Source: a virus
Lineage: Duplodnaviria; Caudoviricetes
Direction: 5' to 3' (one strand)
IMG/VR virus record: IMGVR_UViG_3300023178_000048
Coordinates: 1-63,320 of that record
DNA length: 63,320 bases
In this document: in pieces, positions 35,032-45,000 of the stretch
Layout: each line of letters begins with the position of its first letter
Numbering within the stretch: position 1 is the stretch's first letter
Position numbers and translations under genes: made by a program
The notes under the pieces: generated by a model
What the model saw: the letters and a program-made list of their open reading frames with translations, nothing else
Told to the model about the DNA's origin: nothing
The model's database searches: none

Positions 35032-35229
35032 ATGCAGGTTTCAGGTTTAATCGACTACGCAAAACCAATGATGGATGCAGAACAAGCGTTGAAAAATATG
35101 CATCAAGCGGCGCTACATAAAGACTTTGAGATCGCTAAAGAGTTTGCGCTTGAGGCTATGAGCTATACAAAGCTGGCTATGCATTCCATCACAATCATGG
35201 AAGAAGACAAAAATGGCTTACGTCAATAA
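35032..35229 (+). CDS. Small hypothetical protein
   Basis: LIDYAKPMM.AE.ALK motif; RBS present. Confidence 0.6.
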   Translation: MQVSGLIDYAKPMMDAEQALKNMHQAALHKDFEIAKEFALEAMSYTKLAMHSITIMEEDKNGLRQ

Positions 35230-35533
35230 AAAACGCCCTTACAAGAAAGAGTATCAGCAACAAAAAGCGCGTGGCGAACACGCTAACCGTATGGAGCGTC
35301 AACGCCTCCGGCGAAAAGTCGATAGCGAAGGTCGAGATGCTAACGGTAACGGTAAAGCCGATGCGCGTGAGGGCAGAGACTTATCGCATAACAAAGCGCT
35401 AGGCAAGGGTGGTTCAAACGCCGATGGTTACAAGATTAAGTCCGCCAGTGCGAATCGTTCGTTTCGCCGTGACTCAAATGGTAAGTTGGTGTCTGAAACA
35501 AGCAAGCGAGAAAAAAAGCGAAAAAAAGCTTGA
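35213..35533 (+). CDS. HNH-like basic protein
   Basis: RPYKKEY...GRDLSH.KAL.KGGSN...S.S.NRSF. Confidence 0.65.
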   Translation: MAYVNKKRPYKKEYQQQKARGEHANRMERQRLRRKVDSEGRDANGNGKADAREGRDLSHNKALGKGGSNADGYKIKSASANRSFRRDSNGKLVSETSKREKKRKKA

Positions 35534-35558
35534 CAAACTAGAAAATCGCCCCTACATT
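35530..35558 (+). promoter_or_regulatory. Sigma70-like promoter upstream of the helicase
   Basis: TTGACA-17 nt-TACATT. Confidence 0.65.
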
Positions 35559-35564
35559 AGGGGC

Positions 35565-35677
35565 TGCGACTGTAAGGCATGAGTGGGTCGCACAGGTTTG
35601 TATATCTACCTGATCAACCATGTCAGCCGAGCGGGGCTCAAACGTTTTCTTGTCGTCTCCGGCTCGACAGGCTCGGC
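35565..35677 (+). ncRNA. Candidate structured 5' leader RNA
   Basis: Four stems plus a 6-bp pseudoknot between promoter and helicase RBS (see findings). Confidence 0.4.
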
Positions 35678-35697
35678 ACAAACAGTTTTGAGGTAGT

Positions 35698-37281
35698 ATG
35701 GAAGTAGTTTTAGATAGTGCGATTAAGTTTAAGGCTCCGGTTGAACACGCCGAGCATATAACTCGCGCCATTGATAAAAGCGAGATTCTGAACGTAGCGT
35801 CAGGCGTTGCTGACGTCCTAGTTAACTGGGAACTAGACGAGATGAAAACACTCGCTAGATACGTTCCGCACGACATAAAAATTCCATCCCCCATAGTAAG
35901 AGAGTACGACTGGCCCGGCTTGTTCAAGCCATTCCAGCATCAAATAGAGACCGCTGAGTTTCTGTCCTTACGACAACGAGCATTCTGCTTCAACGAAGCC
36001 GGTACTGGTAAAACGTCAGCCGCTATTTGGGCGGCGGACTACTTAATGAAAAAAGGGCTGGTACATCGCGTCTTAGTTGTGTGTCCGCTGTCCATCATGT
36101 ACTCAGCGTGGCAAGCCGATCTATTCAAAACAGTCATGCATAGGCGTAGCGCTGTGGCTTACGGATCGGCGTCTAGGCGCAAGAACATAATTGAAAGCAC
36201 CCCGCATTACGAGTTTATCGTAACTAACTATGACGGCGTGGGCGTCATGCACAAAGAAATCAAAGAGGGCGGCTTTGACTTAATCATCGTTGACGAAGCT
36301 AACGCTTATAAGAATGTATCGACAGTTCGCTGGAAGAAACTATCAAAGATAATTGACGCGACTACATACGTTTGGATGATGACCGGCACACCGGCATCGC
36401 AGTCGCCTATGGATGCTTTTGGTCTGGCTAAGATAATCAACCCCAACGGCATAACCCGCACTGCTACGGCTTGGCGCGATAGAGTGATGTATCAGGTAAC
36501 TAGATTTAAGTGGTTACCCAAAGCAGAATCAAAACAGACGGTATTTGACGCGCTACAACCAGCCATCAGATTTAATAAGAACGAGTGCCTAGACTTGCCT
36601 GACGTCATGTACCAAACTAGGGAAGTACCGCTGACGCCACAAGCCTTGTCTTTCTATAAGAAACTCAAAAACGATATGATGATTAAGGCGGCGGGCGAAG
36701 AAGTTAGCGCAGTCAATGCCGCCGCCGCTTTGAATAAGTTACTTCAGTTGTCGGGTGGCGCAATCTACACGGACAACCAAGAAGTGCTTGAGTTTGACAT
36801 AGGCCCCCGCAAGCAGGCGCTTAAAGAGGTTCTAGAAGAGACCGAGCACAAAGTCATTGTGTTCGTGCCGTACCGTCACACGATTGAGTTAGTAAGTAAC
36901 TTTCTGCGCTCAGAAGGCTATACTGTCGAAATCATATCAGGCGATGTTACTGCTAGAGAGCGCGGCGAAATATTCAACCGCTTTCAAACAACGAACAATC
37001 CGCACGTGTTGGTGATTCAGCCGCAAGCGGCGTCGCATGGCGTAACCCTAACCGCAGCCAATACGGTTGTGTTTTGGTCGCCGGTAATGTCAGTCGAGAC
37101 TTATATGCAGTGCGTCGCGCGTATTGATAGGGTAGGTCAAAAGAACAAGATGACTGTTGTTCATCTTCAAGGGTCGGAGGTAGAACGTCGTGTATTTAAT
37201 ATGTTGATGGATAAAAAAGAATTACACGAGGGCTTAGTTGATCTTTATAAACAGGAAATGGAAGGAGAAAATAATGGTTGA
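35698..37281 (+). CDS. SNF2-family helicase
   Basis: Q motif PFQHQ, EAGTGKT, VVCPLS, IVDEA, MTGTP, GVTLT, ARIDRVGQ. Confidence 0.92.
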   Translation: MEVVLDSAIKFKAPVEHAEHITRAIDKSEILNVASGVADVLVNWELDEMKTLARYVPHDIKIPSPIVREYDWPGLFKPFQHQIETAEFLSLRQRAFCFNEAGTGKTSAAIWAADYLMKKGLVHRVLVVCPLSIMYSAWQADLFKTVMHRRSAVAYGSASRRKNIIESTPHYEFIVTNYDGVGVMHKEIKEGGFDLIIVDEANAYKNVSTVRWKKLSKIIDATTYVWMMTGTPASQSPMDAFGLAKIINPNGITRTATAWRDRVMYQVTRFKWLPKAESKQTVFDALQPAIRFNKNECLDLPDVMYQTREVPLTPQALSFYKKLKNDMMIKAAGEEVSAVNAAAALNKLLQLSGGAIYTDNQEVLEFDIGPRKQALKEVLEETEHKVIVFVPYRHTIELVSNFLRSEGYTVEIISGDVTARERGEIFNRFQTTNNPHVLVIQPQAASHGVTLTAANTVVFWSPVMSVETYMQCVARIDRVGQKNKMTVVHLQGSEVERRVFNMLMDKKELHEGLVDLYKQEMEGENNG

Positions 37282-37675
37282 CATGGAAGAGTTGGTTGTC
37301 GCATACTTGGCGATTCGTACCGAACGAGACAAGATCAAAAGCGAGTACGAGCGCAAAGACGAAGCCTTGCGAGATGACTTGGCGAAGCTGGAGAAAGTAA
37401 TGCTAGAAGGATGCAGTGAAGTAAATGCTGACAGCATCCGTACTAAAAACGGTACGGTCATGCGTGTAGTAAAAGAGCGCTTCTTTTGTACCGACTGGGA
37501 TAACTTCAGGAAGTTTGAGTTAGAGAACCCTGACTACGACTTTCGGGAGCGCCGAATCCACCAAGCCAATTTTAGAGATTTCATGTCCGAGCATCAGCAA
37601 GATGGCTTGCCGCCCGGTGTGAATGCGATGCGTGAGCTGGCTATTACAGTACGTAAAGCCCGTGACCGCGATTAG
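37274..37675 (+). CDS. Conserved replication-module protein
   Basis: AGGAG RBS; coiled coil + SIRTKNGT, DWD, PPGVN. Confidence 0.7.
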   Translation: MVDMEELVVAYLAIRTERDKIKSEYERKDEALRDDLAKLEKVMLEGCSEVNADSIRTKNGTVMRVVKERFFCTDWDNFRKFELENPDYDFRERRIHQANFRDFMSEHQQDGLPPGVNAMRELAITVRKARDRD

Positions 37676-37698
37676 TTTTAATTCAGTTGGAGATTATC

Positions 37699-38553
37699 AT
37701 GGCAAACGAACTTGCTAAATTTTTCGAGAACAACCCCGCTCTTATTGAACAGGGTTTAGATGAAGATACCCTTGCCGTCGCTGGCGGCGCTACAAAGGGT
37801 GCGAAGCGCATTTCTATCAAAGGGCGTGTGTTTCGTAAAATTGTTGGTGGTAAAGAAGTAAGCGTCAACGAAGATAACTTCATGAATGTTATCTTTGTAA
37901 AGATGGCCCACGAGGCGTCGCGCACTTGCTACGATGGTGCTTACAAGGAGGGGGAAAAAGTCGGCCCAGTTTGCTGGTCTTCTGATTCACGCAAGCCTGA
38001 CCCCGCTGTACCTAACCCACCAGCATCCGCTTGTGATATGTGCCCTAACTCTGTCAAGGGCAGTGGTCAAGGTGGCAACGGCACTAAATGTAAACTGTCT
38101 TGGCGCACTGCGGTAGTATTGCCGCATGACCCGGATGGTGATGTTTATCAGTTGGTTCTACCAGCCATGAGCGTGTTTGGTAAAGAGGAAAACGGTCGCT
38201 GGCCTTTCCGCCCATACATTCAAATGCTGGCAAACAACAACGTCAGCGCTGGCCGCGTGGTTACTAAGATGCAGTTTGACATCAAAGCGCCCGTGCCGCG
38301 TGTGTTATTCTCACCCGCTCAAGCAGTACCCGAGGAATTGCGTAACTCTGTGATGGCACAGGCAAAGTCTCAGGCGGCTGAGTCAGCGGTTAAGATGACC
38401 GTGTATCAAGCTGATGGTGGTTCTGATACGGAAGTAGCCCAGCCGGAAGCGTTAGAAAGCGATCCCGTTAAGCGTCCTAGCGCCAAGAAAGCTGAACCCG
38501 AGGAAGTTACTGACCACGTTGATGTAATCAAGAAGTGGACTAAGAAAGGGTAA
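37699..38553 (+). CDS. Putative ssDNA-binding/annealing protein
   Basis: RISIKG..FR, CWS.D...P, C..CP...GSG, C; acidic C-terminal region; between helicase and primase. Confidence 0.6.
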   Translation: MANELAKFFENNPALIEQGLDEDTLAVAGGATKGAKRISIKGRVFRKIVGGKEVSVNEDNFMNVIFVKMAHEASRTCYDGAYKEGEKVGPVCWSSDSRKPDPAVPNPPASACDMCPNSVKGSGQGGNGTKCKLSWRTAVVLPHDPDGDVYQLVLPAMSVFGKEENGRWPFRPYIQMLANNNVSAGRVVTKMQFDIKAPVPRVLFSPAQAVPEELRNSVMAQAKSQAAESAVKMTVYQADGGSDTEVAQPEALESDPVKRPSAKKAEPEEVTDHVDVIKKWTKKG

Positions 38554-38555
38554 AG

Positions 38556-38858
38556 ATGGTAAGACCGCACGGCGGTAAACTACTCAGCACCCTTGAAACC
38601 CAAGATGGGTTAGGTATCGAACTGGGCCGAGTTTGCATCGACGCTAAGTTGCCTATGAAACAGGTAGGCTTGGCGCTCGGTGTGAGCCGGTTTACGATAC
38701 ACAAGTGGTTTCTCGGTAGCGTTATTGCTAATAGGTATCACGCAGTGATTGAAGCGTTTATTAGTCAAGTCAGGTCAGCTATGGAAGTGGGGAGACTTCC
38801 AGCAAAAGACTGGCAAGATGCTAGAAAGTATTTCGATGAGACTAAGAACGCAGTCTAA
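38556..38858 (+). CDS. Cro/XRE-like HTH protein
   Basis: MKQVGLALGVSRFTIHKWF HTH. Confidence 0.7.
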   Translation: MVRPHGGKLLSTLETQDGLGIELGRVCIDAKLPMKQVGLALGVSRFTIHKWFLGSVIANRYHAVIEAFISQVRSAMEVGRLPAKDWQDARKYFDETKNAV

Positions 38859-38915
38859 TCAAACCAACAACTTGCAGGGCGGGGGGAACCCCGCCCTTAA
38901 CATCTCTGCGAAGCA

Positions 38916-41825
38916 ATGGAAACAAGACAATTCTATGAGGCAATCCTGCCTGAACACGGGGAATACTGTGTCGCGTCAATCCACAGAACAAGTTTTGGCA
39001 CAACACGAGACGGCAAGCCTTTTAAAATCAAACACAAATACACCAGCGACTTTGAAGAATTTCTTTCGTTGGTTGAAAGATCGAACGAACAAGAGTTAGT
39101 TAATACGTACTTTACGCCCAGCACGTTTGATACGAATCGGCGTAACGCTTCTAACAGCGAATACCTAAAGTCTTTTTGGCTCGACATTGATTGTGGCGAA
39201 GACAAACCGTATGCTGACTATGAAGAAGCCGGGAAAGCATTAGATAAGTTTGTATCTGAGTCTGGTCTGCCCGAACCGATCCGTATGGTGTCGGGGCGCG
39301 GTATGTATGCTTTTTGGGTTCTTAACGAGCCGGTAGCACCAGATGCTTGGAAATCTTCAGCCGAGCGCCTTAAGAAGTTAACAGCCGACCTTGGATTTGA
39401 AGTAGATACCGCTGTAACTGCCGACAGCGCTAGGTTGGTACGCGCGCCTGAGACGCTCAACTGGGGCAAGGAAGAGAAACCTAACGACCCCCCATTACCT
39501 AGTTTCTTTCTAACAGAAGAACTTCTTACTTACCCGTTTGATACTATACAAGAAATACTATCGGCTGTTGAAATAGCAGATACTAAAGACCCACTAAGTG
39601 ATGTAATGCGGGGGTTGGACGAAGACACCCGCAAAATGCTTGGGCACGATAACTTCAAGTGGTCTTTCGAGCGTATAGCCGAGAGAAGCGTCGAAGACGA
39701 GGGTTGCGCCCAAATCAAATGGGGCTTAATTAACTCAGCCGAATGCCCTGAACCGATGTGGCGTTCGATACTGTCTATAGCAGTTTTATGTGAAGACGGC
39801 GACACAGCTATACATAAACTATCAGAAGATCATCCTAACTACAGTCCGGAAGAGACTGAAAGGAAAGCAGATGAAATACGAAAAGCAATCAAAGGCGCCC
39901 ATACCTGCGCTACTTTTGAGTCTCACCAACCGGGTGGATGCGACGGATGTCCACACAGAGGTAAGTTCAACTCTCCCATTGCCCTTGGGAAAGTATTCAA
40001 GGAAGCAAGACAACCAGCGGCTACAGAAGAAGCCAAAGAGGAAGCGGAGTCACTTGGGTATGTCGAGAAAGATACATCTTTCTACCTCCCGGACTACTTA
40101 AGACCGTTTATGCGGGGAGAAAGCGGCGGGCTTTATTATCAGCCGCCACCTAGAAACACCCCTAACGGAATAGTAAACTCCGACCCGGTATTATTAACTA
40201 TGTACGACTTCTGGCCCACCGCTAGGTTACATAGTATGTACGACGGGGAGTGCTTGAGCATGAGGTTGACGTTGCCTAAAGACGGCCACCGCGACTTCTT
40301 ACTACCCATGAAAAGCGTATCTGCACCCGACGAATTGAAAAAGATACTTAGCAGTAACGGGTTATTTGCTGAGTCAAAACAAAAAGCGGATCTTCTTATG
40401 AACTACATTTTTAAGTGGGGCACGTATTTGCAACAACAGGAAGCTGCGAAAATAATGAAGTTCCAGCAGGGGTGGTCTCAGGATAAGAAGAGTTATCTTA
40501 TCTATAACAAAGAATACACCCGAGACGGTGTCATCGACTGCCCCCCGACTGGGAAAGCTGAAAACGCTACACAGTGGATGAAACCCAAGGGTACATATGA
40601 GAAATGGCGTTGGGCCATTGATAAACTAAACGACCCCGGATATGACCTGCACCGGTACGTAATGCTGAGAGCTTTTGGCTCTCCGTTGGTTACGTTTACA
40701 AACGTAAACGGCTCGGTGGTGGGTCTGCTCGGTAATACAGGAGCCGCTAAGAGTGGAGCAATGTACGCCGCTGTTAGTACTTACGGTCAGCCTAAAAATC
40801 TGTCCGTTTTTGACTCTACGGCAAACGGTCTTGTTGAACGTATGTTGACACTAAAAAATCATGCATACGGGCTTGATGAGTTTTCTAATCAGAACGGTGA
40901 ATTTTTATCTGATTTAGTTTACAAACTTAGCGCTGGGCAAGCCAAAATACGCTTGACGGGTTCTACTAATGCAGAGCGTCTGGTAGCCTTTTCTTCGGCT
41001 ATGCTCTCCACCATAACAATGAACCAGTCGGCCAGAGACAAGATCGCTGGCTACAAGAAGAACAGCGGCGCTGAAATGGTTCGGTACATAGAATACGAGG
41101 TTGAAAAACCGTCTGAGCCGGGTTATGAGCTAACGGCAGAGCGGGGCGCAGATATGTTCCAGACGCTACAGGAGAACTATGGCCATGCGTTACCTATGTA
41201 TATACAGTACCTGCTGTCACTAGACCTAGAAATTATAGAAAAGCGTATAAAGGATTGGACTTCCCGCGTAGTGGAAGATTTGAAAAATTTCTCCGAGTAT
41301 CGGTTTATACACGCTGACTTTGCTTGTACTTTTTGCGGTGCTGAGCTGGCTAACGAAGCAGGGGTAATAGATGTAGACGTCGAGGCTACCTATAAATATA
41401 TGCTGAAAAAGGTAATCGGGGTTGTATCTAAATATACCAACGTCGAGCTTGACTATGAAGCACTGCTGGGCGAGTTTATAAACAACAACCTAAATAACAT
41501 GCTAGTTATGAAAGACGGCAAAGTTATAACCGAACCTAGGGGCACTCTACTTATAAGGGCCGACGCCGACAAAGGGCTTTTATACGTGGCCAAAACACCG
41601 TTGAAAGAGTTCATATCTAAAGGTAATGCGGGTATCACTCAGTTTGAAAGGGTGCTTACAGACGCCAACATCATGACCTCAGCCGGTAAAAAAGTGCGTT
41701 TAGGAACGGGGTGGAAGACTTCTACAGGGTTATCTTCAGTCCATGCTTACGAATTTACAACCAACCTACAAGAAGTGATAGCAAATGCCGAAGAGAAAGC
41801 CGCAACCGGAACCGATGCCGATTGA
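38916..41825 (+). CDS. Primase-helicase (AEP/RepB-like primase, Cys cluster, DUF927-like ATPase)
   Basis: WLDIDC, SGRG, D.ARLVR.P.T.N; C...C..C; G.TGAAKS and GLDE motifs. Confidence 0.82.
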   Translation: METRQFYEAILPEHGEYCVASIHRTSFGTTRDGKPFKIKHKYTSDFEEFLSLVERSNEQELVNTYFTPSTFDTNRRNASNSEYLKSFWLDIDCGEDKPYADYEEAGKALDKFVSESGLPEPIRMVSGRGMYAFWVLNEPVAPDAWKSSAERLKKLTADLGFEVDTAVTADSARLVRAPETLNWGKEEKPNDPPLPSFFLTEELLTYPFDTIQEILSAVEIADTKDPLSDVMRGLDEDTRKMLGHDNFKWSFERIAERSVEDEGCAQIKWGLINSAECPEPMWRSILSIAVLCEDGDTAIHKLSEDHPNYSPEETERKADEIRKAIKGAHTCATFESHQPGGCDGCPHRGKFNSPIALGKVFKEARQPAATEEAKEEAESLGYVEKDTSFYLPDYLRPFMRGESGGLYYQPPPRNTPNGIVNSDPVLLTMYDFWPTARLHSMYDGECLSMRLTLPKDGHRDFLLPMKSVSAPDELKKILSSNGLFAESKQKADLLMNYIFKWGTYLQQQEAAKIMKFQQGWSQDKKSYLIYNKEYTRDGVIDCPPTGKAENATQWMKPKGTYEKWRWAIDKLNDPGYDLHRYVMLRAFGSPLVTFTNVNGSVVGLLGNTGAAKSGAMYAAVSTYGQPKNLSVFDSTANGLVERMLTLKNHAYGLDEFSNQNGEFLSDLVYKLSAGQAKIRLTGSTNAERLVAFSSAMLSTITMNQSARDKIAGYKKNSGAEMVRYIEYEVEKPSEPGYELTAERGADMFQTLQENYGHALPMYIQYLLSLDLEIIEKRIKDWTSRVVEDLKNFSEYRFIHADFACTFCGAELANEAGVIDVDVEATYKYMLKKVIGVVSKYTNVELDYEALLGEFINNNLNNMLVMKDGKVITEPRGTLLIRADADKGLLYVAKTPLKEFISKGNAGITQFERVLTDANIMTSAGKKVRLGTGWKTSTGLSSVHAYEFTTNLQEVIANAEEKAATGTDAD

Positions 41826-42012
41826 CGAACCGGAATGGCTATTTCCATTTGAGTTTATGCGGGTAGGGGATAGTTTCTTTATCCCCACTTTGCGCCCCGC
41901 CTACATGATTTATGCGATTGAGAACGGAGCCAAACGCGCCAAAGTTAAAGTGAAGGCATACAAATTCAGCGAAGACGGTGTGCTTGGCGTCCGCGCGTGG
42001 CTTATTGGGTAA
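41785..42012 (+). CDS. Small putative DNA-binding protein
   Basis: PFEFMRVGDSFFIP...GVRAW motif. Confidence 0.65.
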   Translation: MPKRKPQPEPMPIDEPEWLFPFEFMRVGDSFFIPTLRPAYMIYAIENGAKRAKVKVKAYKFSEDGVLGVRAWLIG

Positions 42013-45000
42013 TCCCGTAAGCCTTAAACTTTTCTATGAGATCGCGCTTAATGATTGATTCTGTCAGTTTAAGCATACGCAATTCACGGTCTCTAGTCTT
42101 GGGCGTTATGCCTTCCATACGTCGGATCTTATTCATTTCCTCGCGAACATCACGTAGATAGCCATTTACTTCTTTGTTGTAGCTCTGTACCAAATATTCG
42201 TGGAACGGATTCTCGCTCAGATACTTGTCGTAGCGGTCTGGGTAGTTTTTAAGAACCCTTAGCTTGTCAGCAATCTCACGGATCTGCACATCAACGTTTC
42301 TGAACTCTCGGGAGTCTACGTTAGAGACAGCGCCGAAGAAGCGGTCAAACAGTAATGTGTCCGTGCGGGGGTTAAATTCTTTGCTACCCGCCGCAGTTTC
42401 GACTATGTTCAGTCCGTTATGCATCAGTCGGGCTAAGCCGTCTGCGTAGTTATTAGCGAAGAAGTACAGAACGTTTGGCGAGACTTCCCAGCCAAGATTA
42501 TCGAACGCAAACTTTGCTGCGTTTTTATACAGCTCCGGTATGTTATCTCCGCCGGTAAAGGCTTCACTTACGCGGCTGCTGTACTTGTTGTAGATCTGAC
42601 GACCCAGAGCATCTGTATTCATGCCGTATTCAACCAACGGACGGCCAATGGACGGGGTAATTGTGTCGATCATCCACTGAACAGGGCGCTCAAACGGGTT
42701 AATCCGGGACACCGGCAGGGGCAAGAACGAATCCATACCCACCTCAATCAGGTGCCCCATCATGTCCAAGAACGACCTATCACCCTCAGGGCGCAACGCT
42801 TTAGCATGCCCGTACCCAGCTATCTGAGCGCCAGCAGAAGCTACAGCGCCAAGGCCGAATCCCCACGGTAGCTGGAACACGAAATCACGGTCGCCAACGC
42901 TAAAGTGGAACCGGGCATACCGAGTCCAGCGGGCCATATCATCCGTCAGCACCTTATCGCGTCCTAAGTCATCGTCGTCTCCGATGACCGCAGCCATCGC
43001 GTATACCGCAGCGCCAAGACCGAATGTAGCGGCTAAGACAGCCCTAGCATTCCTAGCATTTTCTTCGTGCTTTTCTTTAGCCTTCTCATAGCCGGGCAAC
43101 TTAACTTTGTTTCCGTTTTTATCGTACTTAATTAAGTTACGCTGGGCGCTGAGAGGTAGGGTTTCTACGTACCTGTCAAAACCAATTAAGGCGGGATAGA
43201 TTGACTCAAAAGCACGCTGGGCGCCGGTGGCTGCCGGACGGAAGAACATAAACGCCGCGCCAACTGCCTGACCATAACGACCAACTTGCTCAAAGTTAGC
43301 TAGGTTTTTAGTGGCAGCAGCAGCCCGTGATCTTAACGCCTCTTCGCTAAGGCTGGGATCTTGCGCCCGGAACTGAGCTTTGTATACACGATAACCTGCT
43401 GTACGGCTAGCCAATTCAAAAGCATCCGTCCAGACATCGACTACTTTGTCTATGTTCTTCTTGGTTAACACGATAGGGTTGCGGTCTTGAGCATCCCGCG
43501 CTAGCTCATTAACACCTTCCGCCGTCAGCCCTCGTACATAAGCAGTACGACCGCCAAGCCTTACATACTCCAGCATGTCAGCATAGAAAGCATCTTTCTT
43601 TGCCAGACTATTTATGGTGTCGAATTTACCTGCGGCATACAACGCGGAGAATTTACCGGCTTTATATAGGCCACCGTGCAATACTGCGTTACCGATTAAC
43701 TGCTTCATGTATCTCGGAGCAAGACCCAGACCGCCTTGAGCCGCTATGTTAAGCGCGTTGGTTATACCGTCAATTAAGAAGTTAGCAGGGCCAAACGCTA
43801 TGTTGTAGCGCGTATGCATCTGCCCGAAGAAACTCGTAGCCGTATTTAGCACGTTTACGATTGGGTTAGTTGTCTGGTACACCTTACGAATACCGTTCAA
43901 CAGCTCTTGGTCTTCTATTCTTATAATAGTTATGTCGCCGTTAGCCTCGTAGTGTAGGACTACGTTAGACTTTCCTTTCAGATCACTTAGCTTAGTACCG
44001 CCTTTATAGCGCTCAGCAAAGGTTATTTTCTGTTTAGCGTCGCCCTTGATAAGCTTCTGGTTGACCGCATTTTTAATCGCGAGTGATAGACCGTTACCAC
44101 GCTCCGATACGGGAACATCCTGTCCGGGTTCAGGAGCTACTTCAAGACTACGTCCCGCTCTAGCCGCTGCCTTAGTGGCGTCGATCATTGTCTGAACAAG
44201 GGCGTTATTGGAGTCGGATACGCGACCCTCAAAACTATTCTGAGCGTCTAGAACTTCCCTTGCCGCAGAACGCCGAACGTCAAACTGCCGGTTTTGCTCG
44301 TTGTCTACGATACCCTTCAGCGGGACGTAATAGTTAAACCCGTAGAAGTTAACCACAGCCTCCACTTGGTTGCTGTAGTAGTTAGACATACGGTCTAAAC
44401 CTAGGGTTTCCCGGTTAAGAGTTTTTAGGTTCTTAATGACGGCGTCTACTTCTGGCATTTGCTCGTACTTCTTAGCCGTCTTATAGAACTTTTGCCACTC
44501 GTCCGCGTCAAACTTTGCTAGAACGTTGTATGCTGAATCGTTCTCATCTGTACTGTTGTACCTAGCAGCGCTGTCAGTAGCCAATATGCTCGCGGTGGGA
44601 TCATCGCCCCATGTAAAACCAGCAGCGTCTTTATTTTTAGCTACGATAGATTCTAGGTCTTGCATAGCCTTAGCGGCGTTTGCGGGATTAATCTTACCGT
44701 TTCGCAGATCATTTATTATCTTAGCGCGGTCGTTAAACCCCTGCTGAGTAAGCGGCACATAAAACAGATACTTGACATGACGACGCTCTCTTTCATGGAG
44801 AGTCTTCATAATCATGTCCATCGTTTTGAAAGCTTCGTCTACAGTTATATCTAGCTTATCAGCCAGTGCTTTCATATTTTTATGTAGCTGCTCAACCGTC
44901 CCTTCAAGGCGGGTTTCATATAAGAAACGACCACGAGACATAGAGAGAGTTATCTGGTCATATATAGCATTCTTCTTTGCGCCAGCGTATATTGCTTTTC

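Larger units (their letters stand above)
20442..35814. repeat. Dispersed palindrome family GTCAG-N6-CTGAC (13 perfect copies)
   Basis: Starts at 20442, 20989, 21685, 22321, 23833, 24334, 25648, 26008, 26733, 28159, 32101, 33587, 35799. Confidence 0.9.

Noticed and set aside
20442-35814. Palindrome as a restriction site or canonical parS/matS/CRP site
   Set aside because: Restriction sites are depleted, not enriched, in phages; the sequence differs from parS (TGTTTCACGTGAAACA), matS (GTGACRNYGTCAC) and CRP (TGTGA-N6-TCACA); no ParA/ParB recognised
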